A DNA stretch of 64,000 bases. Source: Veillonellales bacterium. GTDB lineage: Bacteria; Bacillota; Negativicutes; Veillonellales; Dialisteraceae. The notes under the pieces are model-generated. The model saw only the letters and a list, made by a program, of their open reading frames with translations. It was not told the origin of the DNA and did no database searches. The translations under genes were made by a program, and so were the position numbers. Positions 45,968 to 53,813 of this stretch are shown here, piece after piece. How positions within the stretch are numbered: the first letter of the stretch is position 1; the number at the start of each line of letters is the position of its first letter. Location: contig CALXPQ010000004.1 in NCBI GenBank assembly GCA_944390485.1, forward strand, positions 33,985 through 97,984, given 5' to 3'.

Positions 45968-45996
45968 AAAAGGCCCGGCCTGTGCCGGGCTTTTTG
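45968..45996 (+). terminator. intrinsic terminator ending the T-box/TRAP operon
   Basis: Stem GCCCGGC (45973-45979) pairs with GCCGGGC (45984-45990), followed by TTTTT. Confidence 0.75.
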
Positions 45997-46193
45997 TGTG
46001 GAGAAATGGAAACGTTTTTTCTGCATACGGTGAGGGCCCGCATGGTGAAGGTGCCGTTTCCTCTCAGGGGGGGGAGCGGCCCCGCATCGCGGCGTAGGAA
46101 GTTGCTTCTCATCATTCTGCGACCCGCAACATCTATCCGTACGTGTCCGAAATATACGACAATTTCCATTTTGGGAGTACGAGCGCCGTGGCC

Positions 46194-46234
46194 GCGCACT
46201 TTCCTTCTTTTCCGCAAAAGAAGGGAAAGTGCGC
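46194..46234. repeat. long near-perfect hairpin (18-bp stem, 4-nt loop) in a noncoding region
   Basis: GCGCACTTTCCTTCTTTT, loop ccgc, then AAAAGAAGGGAAAGTGCGC, with one bulged G. Confidence 0.6.
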
Positions 46235-46268
46235 AAAGGAAGAAACCGCCGCCCAGTCACTGCGGCCT

Positions 46269-46352
46269 GAAATTTTGGCTGGTCACTACCCTCCGAAGAG
46301 CTCGCAGCGCTCGCTCAAACAGGCCGACCGTTGACGCTGCCAGCCAAAATTT
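46269..46352. repeat. 13-bp inverted repeat pair (AAATTTTGGCTGG / CCAGCCAAAATTT) enclosing about 57 nt
   Basis: Read directly from the sequence. The arms are at 46270-46282 and 46340-46352. Confidence 0.55.
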
Positions 46353-46447
46353 TTCCCTTCGGGTACCGGCCTCTGTTCCAATGGGCGGGGAAACCGCGCC
46401 AGTGCCGGCTTGTTCGTTTTCAAGCGGCGCGGCGGCAGGTATATTTT

Positions 46448-46570
46448 TCATTTGTTTGGATCCATTGTGTGCGATTCATAGGTGATACGGACTGTGAAGT
46501 ATGCCGGAGTGTATCCGTATTCTTCGCGAAATCTTTCATGAACAGAAAAGAAAGGAAAAAGGCGGAGCGC
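46448..46570 (-). pseudogene. probable relic of an AraC-family regulator C-terminus
   Basis: The reverse frame ends ...FFSVHERFREEYGYTPAYFTVRITYESHTMDPNK*, which resembles the second HTH of AraC/XylS proteins. Upstream, the frame degenerates and runs into the neighbouring gene. Confidence 0.3.
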
Positions 46571-46707
46571 GCCTTCCCTCACGGCACGTCCGCGTTTCCG
46601 GGAAACGGTTTCGTGTTTGCCGTCCGCGTAAATTTTGCGCTTCTGCTTCGCGCTTCGCTCATTCTGCACACGAAAAAACAGCCCGGAGGCTGCCTGTAAA
46701 AAACGGG

Positions 46708-47169
46708 TCACACGATTTCCTTGATTTTCCTGAAGTCCATGTCCATGGGGCGGATGAAAGACCACGTGGAATGCACGACCCGCCATACGCCGTCCTCTTC
46801 CTTCCGGTACAGCTCGATGCAGTTGTACTGCATGTCGAGGAGCGTCGTCTTCGCGTAGAGCTGGTATGTGAGGAGCGCCATCGTGCCGCCGAACTGCACG
46901 CGGGGCGCGCAGAAGTCGTAATGGTCGGCGAAGAGCTTGCCTTCGATGGCGTCGAGGAAGCGGCAGATTTCTTCGTACGAGTCGATGCGGTGCGGAGCCG
47001 CGCCGTCGAAATAGCTGAAATTGGTCTTCGACCAGAGCGCGCGGTATCCTGACGTGTCGCCCTGGAACCATTTGTCGAGCGCAGCCTTTTCGAGGCCGAT
47101 GATGTGCGCCGCGAGAGCTTTTTCTTCGGGAGTGTACTGCGCTTCGTAAGCGGGAATGGATGGTGTCAT
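46708..47169 (-). CDS. SnoaL-like / NTF2-fold (DUF4440-like) protein
   Basis: Length is 153 aa. The segments ...KWFQGDTSGYRALWS...VQFGGTMALLTYQLY...ELYRKEEDGVWRVVHSTWSF are typical of NTF2-like small proteins. GGAGG lies upstream. Confidence 0.6.
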   Translation of the reverse strand: MTPSIPAYEAQYTPEEKALAAHIIGLEKAALDKWFQGDTSGYRALWSKTNFSYFDGAAPHRIDSYEEICRFLDAIEGKLFADHYDFCAPRVQFGGTMALLTYQLYAKTTLLDMQYNCIELYRKEEDGVWRVVHSTWSFIRPMDMDFRKIKEIV

Positions 47170-47356
47170 GGTGTGTTCCTCCTTGCAGAATCATTTCTGT
47201 CATCATTTTCTTCTGTCAGCATACGACTTTTACGGAATTTGTCGAGTACGCAGTTTTTTTGTACCTGGTACGGGAGAGCGTACCGGAAGTTTTTCCGGAC
47301 GGTGCGGACCGGCATTACACGCAAACCGTTTTTCCCGCATAAGGAACGGGCCGCGC

Positions 47357-47384
47357 TTGCAAAATGAAGGGGCTGCGGTATAAT
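47357..47384 (+). promoter_or_regulatory. promoter of the candidate antitoxin sRNA
   Basis: TTGCAA (47357-47362), a 16-nt spacer, then TATAAT (47379-47384). Confidence 0.55.
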
Positions 47385-47390
47385 AAAAAC

Positions 47391-47452
47391 ACAAAGGTTT
47401 AAAAAGTCCCCTCGGGGAACGAAAAAGGACGAGCGGCTACTCGTCCTTTTTT
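47391..47452 (+). ncRNA. candidate type I antitoxin sRNA (RNA II-like), about 60 nt
   Basis: It starts about 7 nt after the -10 and ends at the terminator GGACGAG/CTCGTCC plus a T-run (47425-47452). It carries AGGTTTAAAAAGTCC (47395-47409), which is complementary to toxin mRNA codons 2-7. Confidence 0.55.
47395..47409. repeat. 15-nt direct repeat, copy A (AGGTTTAAAAAGTCC)
   Basis: It is identical to 47547-47561. Confidence 0.9.
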
Positions 47453-47467
47453 GTTGCTTTTATGACT

Positions 47468-47566
47468 TCAGCGGTGATTGAGCCAGCGCTCGAAAAGCGC
47501 AAGGATCATGCCGGCTAAAACGGGAGCAAGCAACGGGCTCCAAATCAGGTTTAAAAAGTCCTCCAC
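47468..47566 (-). CDS. Fst/Ldr-like type I toxin peptide (32 aa)
   Basis: It is not in the ORF track. A GTG start follows AAGGAGG by 8 nt. The product is VEDFLNLIWSPLLAPVLAGMILALFERWLNHR: one Pro-containing hydrophobic helix and a polar, basic tail, like Fst (MKDLMSLVIAPIFVGLVLEMISRVLDEEDDSRK). Confidence 0.6.
   Translation of the reverse strand: MEDFLNLIWSPLLAPVLAGMILALFERWLNHR
47547..47561. repeat. 15-nt direct repeat, copy B (AGGTTTAAAAAGTCC)
   Basis: It lies inside the toxin ORF, covering codons 2-7 on the opposite strand. Confidence 0.9.
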
Positions 47567-47700
47567 GGAGAACACCTCCTTTCTGTGGGAGGATGTTCCT
47601 ATTGTATCACAGGCTCCGTTCCGGCCGGGAGACGGCAGCGGGGCGGGGTTCCTGTATAATGGAGGAAAAGGGAGTTGTTTTCAAAAGGAGGGAGCCGGCT

Positions 47701-48519
47701 ATGGACAGAGCGGAGCGGACGCGGCGTCTGCGGGCGGTGGCGGCGGAGAATGAGCGGCTCATCGCGCAGGGCTGGTACGAGGCGGGCGGCGTGCGCCATG
47801 TGTTCTCGCCGCGCATCCGGGCGTGCGTGCTTTTCTCCGGGGAGGGGCACGGGGCGCTCATCGCGTCGGAGGGCGCGGCCCGCACGGCGGCGCGGGCGGA
47901 GATCCGCGTGGTCTCCGGGGACACGATGGCCCATGCGGAGGAGGCGGTGCTGAATTTTGCCGACGCATACACGCCGGGCGGGGCGTATCTCGCGGGGAGC
48001 GCGGCGCAGGAGGAGTGCCTCTGCCGGGAGAGCACGCTCTACGCATCGCTCACGTCGGAGGAGGCCGCGCCGATGTACGCGGCGAACCGGGCGCGGCGGG
48101 GGCCGGAGGCGGACACATTCCTCGTCACGCCGCATGCGGAGATTTTCCGCGCGCCCATGGAGGCGGAGTACGCGCTGCTCCCGGAGCCGCGGGTCTGCGC
48201 GGTCCTCACGTGCGCCGCGCCGGACTTGTCGTCGTCGTCCCGGGGCCTGCCGCCGGCGGCGGTGCGGGAGACGGTGCGGCGGCGTCTGCGGGCCCTGCTG
48301 GCGGCGGCGCACCGCATGGGGTACCGGTCGCTCACGCTCGGCGCGTGGGGCTGCGGGGTCTTCGGACACGATGCGGCGGACATGGCGGAAGATTTCCGCG
48401 CGGTGCTCATAGCGGAGCGGTGGCAGTCGCTCTTCCGGCGGATCACGTTTGCGGTGTACGCGGAGGACGCGGCGGGCCGGTACAACCTGGCGGCGTTCCG
48501 CCGCGCCTTCGGCGGCTGA
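47701..48519 (+). CDS. TIGR02452/DUF2263-type macrodomain protein (bacterial poly(ADP-ribose) glycohydrolase-like)
   Basis: VLNFADAYTPGGAYLAGSAAQEECLCRESTLY resembles the bacterial PARG signature GGG-X6-8-QEE. The start is at 47701 with an AAGGAGGG RBS. Confidence 0.7.
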   Translation: MDRAERTRRLRAVAAENERLIAQGWYEAGGVRHVFSPRIRACVLFSGEGHGALIASEGAARTAARAEIRVVSGDTMAHAEEAVLNFADAYTPGGAYLAGSAAQEECLCRESTLYASLTSEEAAPMYAANRARRGPEADTFLVTPHAEIFRAPMEAEYALLPEPRVCAVLTCAAPDLSSSSRGLPPAAVRETVRRRLRALLAAAHRMGYRSLTLGAWGCGVFGHDAADMAEDFRAVLIAERWQSLFRRITFAVYAEDAAGRYNLAAFRRAFGG

Positions 48520-48570
48520 AACGGGCGCAAAAAAACAGCCCTCTCGAAAGGGGGCTGTTTTCGTATGCGC

Positions 48571-49188
48571 TTATTCTTCCGTTTCCGGGAGCGGCTCGCC
48601 TTTGTAGGTGACCACGTCGGAGAGGGGCTTCCGGGGCGTCGCGGGGATCTCCTTGTCGGTGTAGCCGAGGGCGAGGGCGGCCACCGGCTCGCCTGCCACG
48701 CCGAGGTAGTCCTGCAGCTCGTGGTACGCGAAGTAGATGTCGCAGGTCCAGAGGCTGCCCACGCCGCAGTCGGTTGCGGCGAGCGCCATGTTCTGCATGG
48801 CGGCGGCCACGGACTGGATGTCGCTGGATTCCTTCAGCGCTTCCGCGGTGTCTTTCTCATAGTCGAGGGCGTAGCCCAGCGCGTTCAGCGCGAAGATGAG
48901 GCACGGCGCCTGCTCGAGCACGCGGGTGGTGTAGACGGCGCTGGGGATGAACTGCGGGTACTTGGAGAAGATGCCTTCGCCCGCGCGGTTCTTCCGGATG
49001 CCTTCCTTCATGCAGCGGATGACGTTCCGCCGCTCCGCGCCCTGCACGACCACGAAGCGCCAGGGCTGCTGGTTCTTTTCAGAGGGGGCCTTGATGCCCG
49101 CGGAAAGGATGGACTCCAGCACGTCCGCCGGGATCTGCTTCTTGATGAAATGGCGGGTGCTTCTTCTATGATAAATTGCCTCGATCAC
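48571..49188 (-). CDS. nitroreductase-family protein (paralog of 3883-4482)
   Basis: (V)IEAIYHRRSTRHF...APSEKNQQPWRFVVV. The start was moved to the GTG at 49188 (AAAGGAG 9 nt upstream), which matches the paralog N-terminus MIEAIYQRRSIRWF. Confidence 0.8.
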   Translation of the reverse strand: MIEAIYHRRSTRHFIKKQIPADVLESILSAGIKAPSEKNQQPWRFVVVQGAERRNVIRCMKEGIRKNRAGEGIFSKYPQFIPSAVYTTRVLEQAPCLIFALNALGYALDYEKDTAEALKESSDIQSVAAAMQNMALAATDCGVGSLWTCDIYFAYHELQDYLGVAGEPVAALALGYTDKEIPATPRKPLSDVVTYKGEPLPETEE

Positions 49189-49341
49189 TGCAATACGCTC
49201 CTTTGGGGAAATTAACACTTGCCATTATAAACAATGACTTACTGATATGCAAGCCGCAAACGGGGAAACGGGCCGATTTCTCCGGGGGCGGCCGCCGGGC
49301 GGGTCTGTTATAATAGACAGCAGCAGAGAGGGGGAAAGACT

Positions 49342-50244
49342 ATGCAGGGAGGCAGCGCGGCTTCGGGCCATCTCGCGGCGGCGGCGACGATCCTCGTGTG
49401 GGGCACTACGTATATCTCGACGAAGGTGCTCCTCGAAGACTATGCGCCCATCGACATCCTGTTCACCCGGTTCCTCATCGGGTTCTTCGTGCTGTCGCTG
49501 GTGTGCCGCACGCGGGTGCGGTTCCGCCGGTGGCGGGAGGAGCGGCTCTACATGGCGGCGGGGCTCTGCGGGGTGACGCTGTATTTCCTCTTCGAGAATA
49601 TCGCGCTCACGTACACCTACGCGTCGAACGTGGCCATGGTCATGGCGTCGGCGCCGATGCTGACGGCGGTCGCGGCGCGGCTCTTCCTCCGGTCGGAGCG
49701 CATCGGGTGGTCGTTCGTGGCGGGCTTTTTCTGCGCGGCGGCGGGCATCGGGCTCATCTCGTTCAGCAGCGTGGAGGAGATGCACCTGAATCCTTTCGGG
49801 GATTTCCTCGCGGTGATGGGGGCGCTCACGTGGGCGGTGTACTCCATCTTCACGCGGAAGATCGCCGCCTTCGGCGAGACGTCGGCGGAGGCCACGCGGC
49901 ATATCTTTTTCTGGGGGCTCGTCTTCATGGGGCCGGCGCTGTACGCGTTCGATTTCCACTGGGGGCTGGCGCGGCTGGCCGACCCGGTGAATCTGGGGAA
50001 TCTCCTCTTCCTCGGCGTGGGCGCGTCGGCGCTGTGCTTCGCCACGTGGACGTACAGCGTGAAGACGCTCGGCGCGGTGAAGACGTCGGCGTACATCTAC
50101 GCGAGCCCGGTCATCACGGTGGCCTGCGCGGTGGTCGTCCTCGGGGAGACGATCACGCCGCTCATGGGCGCGGGCATCGTGCTCACCATGACGGGGCTGT
50201 TCCTGTCGCAGTGGTTCCCCGTGCTGAAGGAGAGATGGGCATGA
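49342..50244 (+). CDS. DMT-superfamily (EamA-like) transporter
   Basis: It has ten-TM, two-EamA-repeat hydrophobicity, with WGTTYISTK near the N-terminus. Confidence 0.75.
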   Translation: MQGGSAASGHLAAAATILVWGTTYISTKVLLEDYAPIDILFTRFLIGFFVLSLVCRTRVRFRRWREERLYMAAGLCGVTLYFLFENIALTYTYASNVAMVMASAPMLTAVAARLFLRSERIGWSFVAGFFCAAAGIGLISFSSVEEMHLNPFGDFLAVMGALTWAVYSIFTRKIAAFGETSAEATRHIFFWGLVFMGPALYAFDFHWGLARLADPVNLGNLLFLGVGASALCFATWTYSVKTLGAVKTSAYIYASPVITVACAVVVLGETITPLMGAGIVLTMTGLFLSQWFPVLKERWA

Positions 50245-51131
50245 AGGCGGGACACGGAAAGGGCGTGGCGCTCGCGGTGGCCGGATCGGTGCTGTGGGGC
50301 GCGTCGGGCATCGCCGGGCAGTTCCTCCTGCAGGACCGGGGCGTCACGCCGGAGTGGCTCTCGGCGGCGCGCATGATCGGCGCGGGCATCCTGCTGCTCG
50401 GGCTGGACGGCCTGCGCTGCGGCGGGGACATCTTCTCCATCTGGAAGAGCCGCCATGAGGCGCTGATGCTGCTCCTCTTCGGCGTGCTGGGCATGGTGGG
50501 CGTGCAGTACACGTATTTCGCGGCCATCGCGCTCAGCAACGCCGCCACGGCGACCATCCTCCAGTACACCATGCCGATCCTTGTCATCCTGTGGACGGCT
50601 TTCGCAGAGCGGACGCGGCCATCCGGGCGGGTGCTGGCGGCGCTGGTCCTCGCGGTGGGCGGGGTGCTGCTCCTCGTGACGCGCGGCGAATGGGGGACGC
50701 TCGCCGTCTCGCCGGAGGCGCTCTTCTGGGGGCTCCTCTCCGCGGCGGGCGCGGCGTTCTACACGGTGCAGCCGAAGGGGCTCATCCGGCGGTGGCGGTC
50801 GTCCCTCGTGGTGGGCTGGGGCATGCTCATCGGCGGCCTTTTCCTCTCGCCGCTCGCGTCTCTCGCGGCCCCGCCGGGCCTGTGGGACCTCTCCGCGTAC
50901 GGGGCGCTCGCCTTCGTGGTGGTCTTCGGCACGGCGGCGGCCTTCTCGCTCTATATCTCGAGCGTGGCGTACATCGAGCCGGGCGAGGTGAGCCTCCTGA
51001 ATTCCATGGAGCCGCTCTCGTCCATCCTCTTCTCGGTGGCGCTCCTGGGCATGACCTTCGGCGCGGCGGAGCTCTGCGGCGCGGCGGCGATCCTGGCCGC
51101 CGTCTGCTGGGTCTCGCGGGACGGCGGGTGA
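50241..51131 (+). CDS. DMT-superfamily (EamA-like) transporter
   Basis: This is the internal start MKAGHGKGVALAVAGSVLWGASG..., which overlaps the upstream stop as ATGA. The track ORF 49398-51131 carries a shadow N-terminal extension. Confidence 0.75.
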   Translation: MKAGHGKGVALAVAGSVLWGASGIAGQFLLQDRGVTPEWLSAARMIGAGILLLGLDGLRCGGDIFSIWKSRHEALMLLLFGVLGMVGVQYTYFAAIALSNAATATILQYTMPILVILWTAFAERTRPSGRVLAALVLAVGGVLLLVTRGEWGTLAVSPEALFWGLLSAAGAAFYTVQPKGLIRRWRSSLVVGWGMLIGGLFLSPLASLAAPPGLWDLSAYGALAFVVVFGTAAAFSLYISSVAYIEPGEVSLLNSMEPLSSILFSVALLGMTFGAAELCGAAAILAAVCWVSRDGG

Positions 51132-51198
51132 CCGGACGATCGGGGACAAATAAAAAAGAACGCTTCGCGATGGGAGCGTTCTCTTTTTTTTATGCCGT

Positions 51199-51687
51199 TC
51201 AATACGTGCCGTTCAATTCCTTTTCCGCGTCGCCGGGCTTCGAGAGCCAGCGCACGATGTCCCCGTAGCTCTCCTGCATGTGGTACACGAGGAGATTCAG
51301 GGTGGTGCGCACCATCTCCGGGTCGAAATGATCGTCCCGCGCGGTGAGGCACACGTCGAGATAGAGCCCGCCGTCCTGATTCATGGCGTACTTGAAGAAG
51401 GCGTGATGCGCGTTCAGGTTCCGCAGGTATTCGAGGAACTGCGCCTCGTCGGCCGCGCCGGGGATGCGGTCGCCCAGGTGGCAGCGGACGATGGTGTAGA
51501 TGCTGTTGTCCGTGATGACCGCGGCGAGCAGCTTGTACGCGCCGGCGGGGATGGCGGTGATGTACACCACCGTGTCGGACGCGTTGCCGGTCACCCGCTT
51601 GTGGAAGAAATTCAGGTGCTCTTTCGCGAAATAGTCGTCGAGGAGCTTTACTTTTTCATTTTTGAGATCGTTGGTCGCAGCAGCCAT
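51199..51687 (-). CDS. hypothetical protein (possibly YbjN-like)
   Basis: Length is 162 aa with good GC3 and no TM segment. The family assignment is weak. Confidence 0.5.
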   Translation of the reverse strand: MAAATNDLKNEKVKLLDDYFAKEHLNFFHKRVTGNASDTVVYITAIPAGAYKLLAAVITDNSIYTIVRCHLGDRIPGAADEAQFLEYLRNLNAHHAFFKYAMNQDGGLYLDVCLTARDDHFDPEMVRTTLNLLVYHMQESYGDIVRWLSKPGDAEKELNGTY

Positions 51688-51792
51688 GGGAGCCTCCTTG
51701 TGTGCGTATGTATTTGTATTATTATAATGGCCGGCCGGCGGGAAGAAAAGGGGCGGCGGCCGGGCCGCGGGGAGAAAGGCGGCGGGCGCGGC

Positions 51793-52560
51793 TCATTTCA
51801 GGAGGATGAGCACGCCGAGGATGTAGTTCACGGTGATGATGGACGGTCGGATGACGCGCTCGGCCCGCTCTTTGCCGAGGCGGGAGAGGCAGTACGGCGC
51901 GGCGGCCGCGCCGACGATGGTGCCGGAGGCGAGGTAAGCCACGAGCGTCCAGTCCACGCGGCCGAGGGAGAGGTGCGCCAGGAAGCCCGTGAGGGACATG
52001 ACGGCGATGACCGCCACGGAGGTGCCCACCGTGCGGAGCGCTGGGCAGCGGAGCTGGAAGAGCGCCGCCGTGATGGGGCCGCCGCCGGAGAGCCCGATGG
52101 CCCCGGTCATGAGGCCGGAGAGGAGGCCGTACGCCGAGGCGGCCGCCCATTCCTTCGGCGTGAGCCGGGCGCCAGCGGGGCGGAAGGCTTTCCCTTTCTG
52201 GCGGAGCCACGTCCAGAGCATCTGCGTGGAGAGGATGAGGAGGAGCGCGCCGGAGATGAGGTAGTACGCCGCGTCCGGGAGGAGGGTGGAGCCGTACGTC
52301 CCCGCGGCGGTGCCGAGGAGGGCGCTGGCGAGGAGCGCCCCCGCGAGGCGGAAGTCCACGTGGCCCGCGCGGATGTGGCCGAGCGCGCCCACGAGCGTGG
52401 TGGGGATGATGGTGGCGAGCGACGTGGAGGCGGCGAGCGCCGGCGGGATGCCGCACAGCGCGGTGAGCACGCCCACGTAGATGGCGCCGCCTCCGCCGCC
52501 GAAGGAGATGACGAGGAATCCCGCGAGGAATCCGATGACGGGCAGACATTCGATGGGCAT
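51793..52560 (-). CDS. TauE/SafE-family sulfite/organosulfonate exporter
   Basis: This is the internal start MPIECLPVIGFLAGFLVISFGGGGGAIYVG... (AAGGAGG RBS). It is polytopic with Gly-rich motifs typical of TauE. Confidence 0.7.
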   Translation of the reverse strand: MPIECLPVIGFLAGFLVISFGGGGGAIYVGVLTALCGIPPALAASTSLATIIPTTLVGALGHIRAGHVDFRLAGALLASALLGTAAGTYGSTLLPDAAYYLISGALLLILSTQMLWTWLRQKGKAFRPAGARLTPKEWAAASAYGLLSGLMTGAIGLSGGGPITAALFQLRCPALRTVGTSVAVIAVMSLTGFLAHLSLGRVDWTLVAYLASGTIVGAAAAPYCLSRLGKERAERVIRPSIITVNYILGVLILLK

Positions 52561-52687
52561 GGCGCGCCTCCTTTGCAAAATGGTTTCTCTTATTATATAC
52601 CGGGCGGGCACTTGCCGGCGGCGGGGCCATCGGGTAAGATGGAGCCGTATCGCACGGCGGGCGGCGGCCCGCAGGAAGGAGAGCAGC

Positions 52688-53557
52688 ATGGAGCAGAGGA
52701 CAAAGGGGCGGCAGGTGACGCTGGGGATCGCGGCGGCGATGACGGCGGCGCTCCTCTTCACGGGGATGGACGTGTGCGCGAAGGCGCTGCCCCGGCTGGG
52801 CGCGGGGGAGATCACCTTCCTCCGCGGCGCCATCGGCCTCGCGTTCCTGCCCTTCATCGCGCGGCAGGAAGGGCGGCGCGTCTTCTCCGGCGCGGACCGG
52901 TTCACGCTCCACCTGCGGGGCTTCACGGGCGGGCTCGGCATCCTGCTCTTTTTCTTTTCGCTGGAAGGGCTGAAGCTGGGCGACGCGGAGATCCTCACGG
53001 AGCTCTCGGCGTTCTTCATGTGCCTCCTCGCGCCGTTCTTCCTCCGGGACAATCCCGGCCGGGAGGTGGCGCTGCCCCTCGGGATCATCGCGGCGGGCGC
53101 GGCGGTGGTGCTCCAGGTGTGGAATTTCGATTCGTTCAACGGCTACGCCCTCTTCGGCCTCGGCTCGGCGCTGTCCTCGGCGGCGGCGTATATCTGCATC
53201 GGCCGGCTCACCGAGGTGCCCGGGCGGCACTCCGGGACGGAGCTCGTCTTCTATTTCCAGCTCTACAGCATGCTCTGCGGAGCGGCGCTCCTGCCCTTCG
53301 GCTTCGTCTGGCCTGAGGGGGAGGAGTGGCTGTGGGTGCTCGGCCTCTCCGTGACAGCCATCGCCGCGCAGATGGTCTTCACCTGGGGCTGCCAGCACGC
53401 GCACTCCCTCATCATCTCCTTCGTGATGTACACGGCCATCCTCTTCCACATCCTCGCGGGATGGCTCTTCTGGGGCGAAGTGCTCACGCTCTCCTCCTGG
53501 GCGGGCGGGGCGGCCATCGTCGGCGGCAGCGCCCTCCTGCTCCTGCGCACGAGGTAG
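52688..53557 (+). CDS. DMT-superfamily (EamA-like) transporter
   Basis: This is the internal start MEQRTKGRQVTLGIAAAM... (GGAAGGAG RBS). It has two EamA-like repeats. Confidence 0.7.
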   Translation: MEQRTKGRQVTLGIAAAMTAALLFTGMDVCAKALPRLGAGEITFLRGAIGLAFLPFIARQEGRRVFSGADRFTLHLRGFTGGLGILLFFFSLEGLKLGDAEILTELSAFFMCLLAPFFLRDNPGREVALPLGIIAAGAAVVLQVWNFDSFNGYALFGLGSALSSAAAYICIGRLTEVPGRHSGTELVFYFQLYSMLCGAALLPFGFVWPEGEEWLWVLGLSVTAIAAQMVFTWGCQHAHSLIISFVMYTAILFHILAGWLFWGEVLTLSSWAGGAAIVGGSALLLLRTR

Positions 53558-53587
53558 GAAAAGCGCCGGAAATACGGGGATTTTTCA

Positions 53588-53616
53588 TTGACAGAGGGGA
53601 CCGCTTTTATTATAAT
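53588..53616 (+). promoter_or_regulatory. perfect consensus sigma-70 promoter of rpmH
   Basis: TTGACA (53588-53593), a 17-nt spacer, then TATAAT (53611-53616). Confidence 0.7.
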
Positions 53617-53675
53617 TAGTCTGTTACAGTGTGCAGAGATGACACTGCCATGGCAGAAGTAAGGAGGTGTGACAC

Positions 53676-53813
53676 ATGGCAAAAATGACGTTCCAGCCGA
53701 ACAATACCTGGAGAAAACGTACCCACGGCTTCCGCGCCCGCATGAAGACCCGCGCAGGCCGCATCGTGCTGAAGAGAAGAAGAGCAAAAGGCAGAAAGGT
53801 ACTGAGTGCCTGA
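53676..53813 (+). CDS. rpmH: 50S ribosomal protein L34
   Basis: It is not in the ORF track (45 aa). The product is [45 protein letters not shown], with an AAGGAGG RBS. Confidence 0.95.
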   Translation: MAKMTFQPNNTWRKRTHGFRARMKTRAGRIVLKRRRAKGRKVLSA

